Positions 56,401 through 64,000 of a DNA stretch of 64,000 nucleotides are shown here, piece after piece. Within the stretch, counting starts at the first letter, position 1. Each line of letters begins with the position of its first letter. The DNA comes from Eledone cirrhosa (taxonomy: Eukaryota): positions 206,088,001-206,152,000 of the forward strand of contig OZ024743.1 of the NCBI GenBank assembly GCA_964016885.1. The letters are read 5' to 3'. The position numbers and the translations under genes are program-made. Below the pieces are notes generated by a model. It searched no databases, had not been told where the DNA came from, and saw only the letters and a list, made by a program, of their open reading frames with translations.

Positions 56401-57750
56401 GGCTGGAAATTATCTCCCCTTCATTTTTTTACTAATTATCTCCCCCTGATTTTTTTTTACAAATTATCTCCGCCTGATTTTTTTTAAAAAATTATCTCCC
56501 GTTGTCTGGATGGAAATTTTCTCCCCTTGGACGGCTGGAAATTATCTCCCCTTTATGTCTTCTACAAATTATCTACCCCTGATTTTTTTTTTACAAATTA
56601 TCTCTCCCTGATTTTTTTTACAAATATCTCCCCTTGGCTGGCTGGAAATTATCTCCCCTTGGACGGCAGGAAATTATCTCCCCTTGGACGCCTAGAAATT
56701 ACCTCTCCTTGGACAGCTGTAAATTATCTCCCCTTGGACGGCTGGAAATTATCTCGCCTTGGACAGCTGGAAATTATCTCCCCTTGATTTTGTATACAAA
56801 TTATCTCCCCCTGATTTTTTTTACAAATTATCTGCCCCTGATTATTTATTTTACAAATTAGCTCCGCCTGATTTTTTTTTAAAATTATCTCCCCTTGGAC
56901 GGCTGGAAATTATCTCCCCTTGGACGGCTGGAAATTATCTCCCCTTGGACGGCTGGAAATTATCTCCCCTTGATTTTTTTACAAATTATCTCCCCCTGAT
57001 TTTTTTTTTACAAATTATCTCCCCCTGATTTTTTTTACAAATTATCTCCCCCTGTTTTTTTTTACAAATTATTTCACCCTGATTTTTTTACAAATTATCT
57101 CCCCCTGATTTTTTTTACAAATTATCTCCGCCTGATTTTTTTAAATATGATCTTCCCTTGGCTGGCGGAAAATCATCTCCCCTTGGACGCCTGGAAATTA
57201 TCTCCCCTTGGAAGGATGGAAATTATCTCCCCTTGGACGGCTGGAAATTATCTCCCCTTGCACTGCTGGAAATTATCTCCCCTTGGACGGCTGGAAATTA
57301 TCTGCCCTTGATTTTGATTTTACAAATTATCTTCCCCTGATTTTTTTTACAAATTATTTCCACCTGATTTTTTAAAAAATTATCTCCCCTTGGACGGCTG
57401 GAAATTATCTCCCCTTGGCTGGAAATTATCTCCCCTTGGACGATTAGAAATTATCTCTCTTTGGACGGCTGGAAATTATCTCCCCTTGATTTTTTTTACA
57501 AATTATCTCCCCCTGATTTTTTTTACAAATCTCCCAGTGATTTTTTTAAAAAGATTATCTCCCCTTCGCTGGCTGGAAATTATCTCCCCTTGGACGCTGG
57601 AAATTATAGCCCCTTGGAGGGCTGGAAGTTATCTTCCCTTGGAGGGCTGGAAATTATCTTCCCTTGGACGGCTGGAAATTATCTCCCCTTGATTTTTTTT
57701 ACAAATTATCTCCTCCTGATTTTTTTTTACAAATTATCTCCCCCTGATTT
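25290..57750 (+). repeat. ~16.2-kb near-identical tandem duplication (copy 1 ~25.3-41.55 kb, copy 2 ~41.55-57.75 kb)
   Basis: Dozens of identical pseudo-ORF pairs at offset 16227-16228 (25601/41829, 26480/42707, 28419/44646, 31483/47710, 33646/49873), then 16202 (34469/50671, 37206/53408, 39767/55969, 41188/57390) after a single 25-bp monomer indel. Confidence 0.95.
32780..42850 (+). repeat. ~5.86-5.94-kb internal duplication (repeated again at ~49.0-59.9 kb)
   Basis: ORF offsets 32801->38656 (5855), 33646->39502, 33911->39767 and 34469->40325 (5856), 35020->40956 (5936), 35921->41829 (5908). In the second set, 50138->55969 (5831) and 52247->58133 (5886). Confidence 0.75.
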
Positions 57751-60700
57751 TTTTTTTACCAATTATCTCCACCTGATTTTTTTTTAAATTATTTCCCCTT
57801 GGATGGCTGGAAATTATCTCCCCTTGGACGGCTGGAAATTATCTCCCCTTGGACGGCTAGAAATTACCTCTCCTTGGACGGCTGAAAATTATCTCCCCTT
57901 GGACGGCTGGAAATTATCTCCCCTTGATTTTTTTTACAAATTATCTCCCCCTGATTTTTTTTTACAAATTATCTCCCCCTGATTTTTTTTTACAAATTAT
58001 CTCCCCCTGATTTTTTTTTACAAATTATCTCCTGATTTTTTTTACAAATTATCTCCCCTTGGCTGGCTGGAAATTATCTCCCCTTGGAGGCTGGAAATTA
58101 TCTCCCCTTGGACGGCTAGAAATTACCTCTCCTTGGACGGCTGGAAATTATCTGCCCTTGGACGGCTGGAAATTATCTCCCCTTGGACGGCTGGAAATTA
58201 TTTCCCCTTGATTTTTTTTACAAATTATCTCCCCCTGATTTTTTTTTACAAATCTCCCCCTAATTTTAAAAAAAATTATCTCCCCTTCGCTGGCTGGAAA
58301 TTATCTTCCTTTGGACGGTTGGAAATTATAGCCGCTTGTAGGGCTGGAAATTATCTCCCCTTGGACGGCTGGGAATTATCTCCCCTTGATTTTTTTACTA
58401 ATTATCTCACCCTGATTTTTTTTTACAAATTATCTCCGCCTCATTTTTTAAAAAAAATTATCTCCCCTTGGCTGGATGGAAATTATCTCCCCTTGGACGG
58501 CTGGAAATTATCTTCCATTGATTTCTTCTACAAATTATCTACCCCTGATTTTTTTTTTACAAATTATCTCTCCCTGATTTTTTTTTACAAATATCTCCCC
58601 TTGGCTGGCTGGAAATTATCTCCCGTTGGCTGGCTGGAAATTATCTCCCCTTGGACGGCTGGAAATTATCTCCCATTGATTTTTTTTACAAATTATCTCC
58701 CCTTGGCTGGCTGGAAATTATCTCCCCTTGGCTGGCTGGAAATTATCTCCCCCTGATATTTTTTTACAAATTAGCTCCCCCTGATTTTTTTTTACAAATT
58801 ATCTCCCCCTGATTTTTTTTTTTACAAATTATCTCCGCCTGATTTTTTTAAAATTATCTCCCCTTGGCTGGATGGAAATTATCTCCCCTTGGACGGCTGG
58901 AAATTATCTCCCCTTGGAAGGATGGAAATTATCTCCCCTTGGACGGCTGGAAATTATCTCCCCTTGCACGGCTGGAAATTATCTCCCCTTGGACGGCTAG
59001 AAATTACCTCTCCTTGGACGGCTGAAAATTATCTCCCCTTGGACGGCTGGAAATTATCTCCCCCTGATTTTTTTTACAAATTATCTCCCCTTGCACGGCT
59101 GGAAATTATCTCCCCTTGGACGGCTGGAAATTATCTGCCCTTGATTTTGTTTTTACAAATTATCTCCCCCTGATTTTTTTTACAAATTATCTCCACCTGA
59201 TATTTAAAAAAATTATCTCCCCTTGGACGGCTGGAAATTATCTCCCCTTGGCTGGAAATTATCTCCCCTTGGACGATTAGAAATTATCTCTCTTTGGACG
59301 GCTGGAAATTATCTCCCCTTGATTTTTTTTACAAATTATCTCCCCCTGATTTTTTTTACAAATCTCCCAGTGATTTTTTAAAAAAAATTATCTCCCCTTC
59401 GCTGGCTGGAAATTACCTCCCCTTGGACGCTGGAAATTATAGCCCCTTGGAGGGCTGGAAATTATCTTCCCTTGGACGGCTGGAAATTATCTCCCCTTGA
59501 TTTTTTTTACATATTATCACCCCTGATTTTTTTTTACAAATTATCTCCCCCTGATTTTTTTTACAAATTATCTCCCCCTGATTTTTTTACAAATTATCTC
59601 CCCTTGGCTGGGTGGAAATTATCTCCCCTTGGAGGCTGGAATTTATCTCCCCTTGGACGGCTGGAAATTATCTCCCCTTGGACGGCTAGAAATTATCTCC
59701 CCTTGAACGGCTGGAAATTATCTCCCCTTGGACGGCTGGAAATTATCTCCCCTTGGAAGGATGGAAATTATCTCCCCTTGGACGGCTGGAAATTATCTCC
59801 CCTTGCACGGCTGGAAATTATCTTCCCTTGGACGGCTAGAAATTACCTCTCCTTGGACGGCTGAAAATTATCTCCCCTTGGACGGCTGGAAATTATCTCC
59901 CCCTGATTTTTTTTACAAATTATCTCCCCTTGCACGGCTGGAAATTATCTCACCTTGGACGGATGGAAATTATCTGCCCTTGATTTTGTTTTTACAAATG
60001 ATCTCCCCCTGATTTTTTTTACAAATTATCTGCCCCTGATTTTTTTTTTACAAATTATCTCCGCCTGATTTTTTTTTAAAATTATCTCCCCTTGGACGGC
60101 TGGAAATTATCTCCCATTGGACGGCTGGAAATTATCTCCCCTTGATTTTTTTACAAATTATCTCCGCCTGATTTTTTTTTTACAAATTATCTCCGCCTGA
60201 TTTTTTTTTAAAATTATCTCCCCTTGGACGGCTGGAAATCATCTCCCCTTGGACGGCTGGAAATTATCTCCCCTTGATTTTTTTTTCCAAATTATCTCCC
60301 CCTGATTTTTTTTTACAAATTATCTACCCCTGATTTTTTTTATACAAATTATCTCCCCCTGATTTTTTTTACAAATTATCTCCCCCTGATTTTTTTTTTA
60401 CAAATTATCTCCCCCCGATTTTTTTACAAATTATCTCCCCCTGATTTTTTTTACAAATTATCTCCGCCTGATTTTTTAAAGTATTATCTTCCCTTGGCTG
60501 GCGGGAAATTATCTCCCCTTGGACGGCTGGAAATTATCTCCCCTTGGAAGGATGGAAACTATCTCCCCTTGGACGGCTGGAAATTATCTCCCCTTGCACT
60601 GCTGGAAATTATCTCCCCTTGGACGGCTGGAAATTATCTGCCCTTGATTTTGTTTTTACAAATTATCTTCCCCTGATTTTTTTTACAAATTATCTCCACC

Positions 60701-63300
60701 TGATTTTTTAAAAAATTATCTCCCCTTGGACGGCTGGAAATTATCTCCCCTTGGCTGGAAATTATCTCCCTTTGGCTGGCTGGAAATTATCTCCCCCTGA
60801 TATTTTTTTACAAATTAGCTCCCCCTGATTTTTTTTACAAATTATCTCCCCCTGATTTTTTTCACAAATTATCTCCCCCTGATTTTTTTTACAAATTATC
60901 TCCTCTGATTTAAAAAAAAAAATTATCTCCCGTTGGACGGCTGGAAATTATCTCCCCTTGGACGGCTGGAAATTATCGCCCCCTGATTTGTTTTAACAAA
61001 TTATCTCCACCTGATTTTTTTACAAATCATCTCCGCCTGATTTTTTTAAAAAATTATCTCCCTTGGCTTGCTGGAAATTATCTCCCCTTGGACGGCTATG
61101 AATTATCTCTCCTTCGACGGCTGGAAATTATCTCCACTTGATTTTTTTACAAATTATCTCCCCGTGATTTTTTTTTACCAATCTACCCCTGATTTAAAAA
61201 AAAAAATTATCTCCCCTTCGCTGGCTGGAAATTATCTCCCCTTGGACGGCTGGAAATTATCTCCCCTTGATTTTTTTTACAAATTATCTCCCCCTGATTT
61301 TTTTTTACAAATTATCTCCCCCTGATTTTTTTTTTTACAAATTATCTCCGCCTGATTTTTTAAAAATTATCTCTCCTTGGCTGGATGGAAATCATCTCCC
61401 CCTGATTTTTTTTACAAATTATCTCCCCTTGCACGGCTGGAAATTATCTCCCCTTGGACGGCTGGAAATTATCTCCCGTTGGCTGCAAATTATCTCCCCT
61501 TGGACGGCTAGAAATTACCTCTCTTTGGACGGCTGGAAATTATCTCCCCTTGATTTTTTTTACAAATTATCTCCCCCTGATTTTTTTTACAAATCTCCCA
61601 GTGATTTTTTTAAAAAAATTATCTCCCCTTCGCTGGCTGGAAATTATCTCCCCTTGGACGCTAGAAATTATAGCCCCTTGGAGGGCTGGAAATTATCTTC
61701 CCTTGGACGGCTGGAAATTATCTCCCCTTGATTTTTTTTACATATTATCTCCCCCTGATTTTTTTTTACAAATTATCTCCCCGATTTTTTTCTACAAATT
61801 ATCTCCCCCTGATTTTTTTTTTACAAATTATCTCCGCCTGATTTTTAAAAAAAAATTATCTCCCCTTGGACGGCTGGAAATTATCTCCCCTTGGACGGCT
61901 GGAAATTATCTCCCCTAGGACGGCTAGAAATTACCTCTCCTTGGACGGCTGAAAATTATCTCCCCTTGGACGGCTGGAAATTATCTCCCCTTGGACGGCT
62001 AGAAATTACCTCTCCTTGTACGGCTGGAAATTATCTCCCCTTGAACGGCTGGAAATTATCTCCCCTTGGACGGCTGGAAATTATCTCCCCTTGGACGGCT
62101 GGAAATTACCTCTCCTTGGACGGCTGGAAATTATCTCCCCTTGGACGGCTGGAAATTATCTCCCCTTGGACGGCTGGAAATTATTTCCCCTTGATTTTTT
62201 TTACAAATTATCTCCCCCTGATTTTTTTTACAAATTATCTCCGCCTGATTTTTTAAAATATTATCTTCCCTTGGCTGGCGGGAAATTATCTCCCCTTGGA
62301 CGCCTGGAAATTATCTCCCCTTGGAAGGATGGAAATTATCTCCCCTTGGACGGCTGGAAATTATCTCCCCTTGCACTGCTGGAAATTATCTCCCCTTGGA
62401 CGGCTGGAAATTATCTGCCCTTGATTTTGTTTTTACAAATTATCTTCCCCTGATTTTTTTTACAAATTATCTCCACCTGATTTTTAAAAAAATTATCTCC
62501 CCTTGGCTGGAAATTTTCTCCCCTTGGACGATTAGAAATTATCTCTCTTTGGACGGCTGGAAATTATCTCCCCTTGATTTTTTTTACAAATTATCTCCCC
62601 CTGATTTTTTTTACAAATCTCCCAGTGATTTTTTAAAAAAAATTATCTCCCCTTCGCTGGCTGGAAATTATCTCCCCTTGGACGCTGGAAATTATAGCCC
62701 CTTGGAGGGCTGGAAGTTATCTTCCCTTGGAGGGCTGGAAATTATCTTCCCTTGGACGGCTGGAAATTATCTCCCCTTGATTTTTTTTACAAATTATCTC
62801 CCCCTGATTTTTTTTTACAAATTATCTCCCCCTGATTTTTTTTTACAAATTATCTCCTGATTTTTTTTACAAATTATCTCCCCTTGGCTGGCTGGAAATT
62901 ATCTCCCCTTGGAGGCTGGAATTTATCTCCCCTTGGACGGCTAGAAATTACCTCTCCTTGGACGGCTGAAAATTATCTCCCCTTGATTTTTTTTACGAAT
63001 TATCTCCCCCTGATTTTTTTTTTACAAATTATCTCCCCCTGATTTTATTTTACATATTATCTACCCCTGATTTTTATTTACAAATTATCTCCCCCTGATT
63101 TATTTTACAAATTATCTCCGCCTGATTTTTTTAAATATTATCTTCCCTTGGCTGGCGGGAAATTATCTCCCCTTGGACGGCTGGAAACTATCTCCCCTTG
63201 GACAGCTGGAAATTATCTGCCCTTGATTTTGTTTTTACAAATTATCTCCCCCTGATTTTTTTTACAAATTATCTCCACCTGATTTTTTAAAAAACTATCT
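57750..63300 (+). repeat. Third, more diverged partial copy of the ~16.2-kb unit
   Basis: The rare variant block (TTATCGCCCC, TTTGTTTTAAC, GGCTTGCTGG, CCAATCTACCCC) occurs at ~28320, ~44550 and ~60970. ORF offsets 44071->60494 (16423), 44646->61068 (16422), 45945->62321 (16376). Confidence 0.8.
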
Positions 63301-64000
63301 CCTCTTGGACGGCTGGAAATTATCTCCCCTTGGCTGGAAATTATCTCCCCTTGGACGGCTAGAAATTATCTCTCTTTGGACGGCTGGAAATTATCTCCCT
63401 TTGATTTTTTTTACAAATTATCTCCCTCTGATTTTTTTTACAAATCTCCCCTTGATTTTTTTAAAAAATTATCTCCCCTTCGCTGGCTGGAAATTATCTC
63501 CCCTTGGACACTGGAAATTATAGACCCTTGGAGGGCTGGAAATTATCTTCCCTTGGACGGCTGGAAATTATCTCCTCTTGATTTTTTTTACAAATTATCT
63601 CCCCCTGATTTTTTTTTTCAAATTATCTCCGCCTGATTTTTTTTTAAAAATTATCTCCCCTTGGCTGGATGGAAATTTTCTCCCCTTGGCCGGCTGGAAA
63701 TTATCTCCCCTTGGCTGGAAATTATCTCCCCTTGGACGGCTAGAAATTATCTCTCTTTGGACGGCTGGAAATTATCTCCCCTTGATTCTTTTTACAAATT
63801 ATCTCCCCCTGATTTTTTTTACAAATCTCCCAGTGATTTTTAAAAAAAAATTATCTCCCCTTCGCTGGCTGGAAATTATCTCCCCTTGGACGCTGGAAAT
63901 TATAGCCCCTTGGAGGCTGGAAATTATCTTCCCTTGGACGGCTGGAAATTATCTCCACTTGATTTTTTTTACAAATTATCTCCCCCTGATTTTTTTTTAC

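Larger units (their letters stand above)
1..64000 (+). repeat. Composite satellite DNA array of two interleaved monomers: A (25 bp, GGACGGCTGGAAATTATCTCCCCTT) and B (~26-30 bp, GA(T)nACAAATTATCTCCCCCT)
   Basis: Seen directly: the core AAATTATCTCCCC or a 1-3 nt variant recurs every ~21-30 bp from the first to the last line, always in the same orientation. No non-repeat interruption was found, and the array runs off both window ends. Confidence 0.99.

Noticed and set aside
122-63843. About 200 + strand ORFs of 60-272 aa with repeating LEIISPWTAGNYLPLDGWKLSPLGR peptides
   Set aside because: The 25-bp A monomer has no + strand stop codon, so three monomers give a 25-aa repeat in all frames. ORFs overlap in several frames, mostly start at TTG, and shift frame with T-run length. 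The minus strand has TAA in every core (AGATAA), which explains the absence of minus-strand ORFs. There is no evidence of coding.
1-64000. CRISPR-like constant repeat with variable spacers
   Set aside because: The constant part is only ~13-16 bp and the spacers are ~9-14 bp drawn from two classes rather than unique sequences. No cas genes or leader are present.
1-64000. Telomeric repeat array (C-rich strand, CCCCTT motif)
   Set aside because: CCCCTT occurs once per 25-bp unit rather than in tandem. Long telomerase-templated repeats are homogeneous and would not produce a 64-kb two-monomer array with kb-scale duplications. A subtelomeric location cannot be excluded.
1-64000. G-quadruplex or i-motif potential from G4-G5 runs on the minus strand and GG-AC-GG-CT-GG on the plus strand
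   Set aside because: G runs are separated by loops of ~21-24 nt and the plus strand has only GG doublets, so canonical G4 criteria are not met.
1-64000. Transposon insertion, inversion or unique island hidden in the array
   Set aside because: On reading through I found no reverse-orientation core (GGGGAGATAATTT) on the + strand and no stretch lacking the core. A very short insert could have been missed by eye.

Overview
The whole 64-kb window is one uninterrupted, head-to-tail satellite DNA array. I found no credible genes, RNA genes, transposons or unique sequence. It is built from two monomer classes that share the core AAATTATCTCCCC. Type A is 25 bp (GGACGGCTGGAAATTATCTCCCCTT, GC-richer, one CpG). 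Type B is about 26-30 bp (GA-T7..11-ACAAATTATCTCCCCCT, with a poly-T tract). They alternate in runs (A up to ~11-12 copies, B up to ~8-9) with stereotyped junction variants. Diagnostic variant monomers reveal nested higher-order repeats: a ~7.55-kb unit in about 2.2 copies (122-18060) containing a 1917-bp tandem duplication; ~1.45-kb, ~2.9-kb and ~5.9-kb duplications; and a near-identical ~16.2-kb tandem duplication (~25.3-57.75 kb) followed by a more diverged third partial copy. All ORFs in the track are artefacts of the 25-bp monomer being stop-free on the + strand. The architecture is typical of eukaryotic heterochromatic or centromeric satellite, but the organism and function cannot be determined from this sequence. 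Coordinates of sub-repeats were read by eye and from ORF-track offsets, not from a computed alignment.
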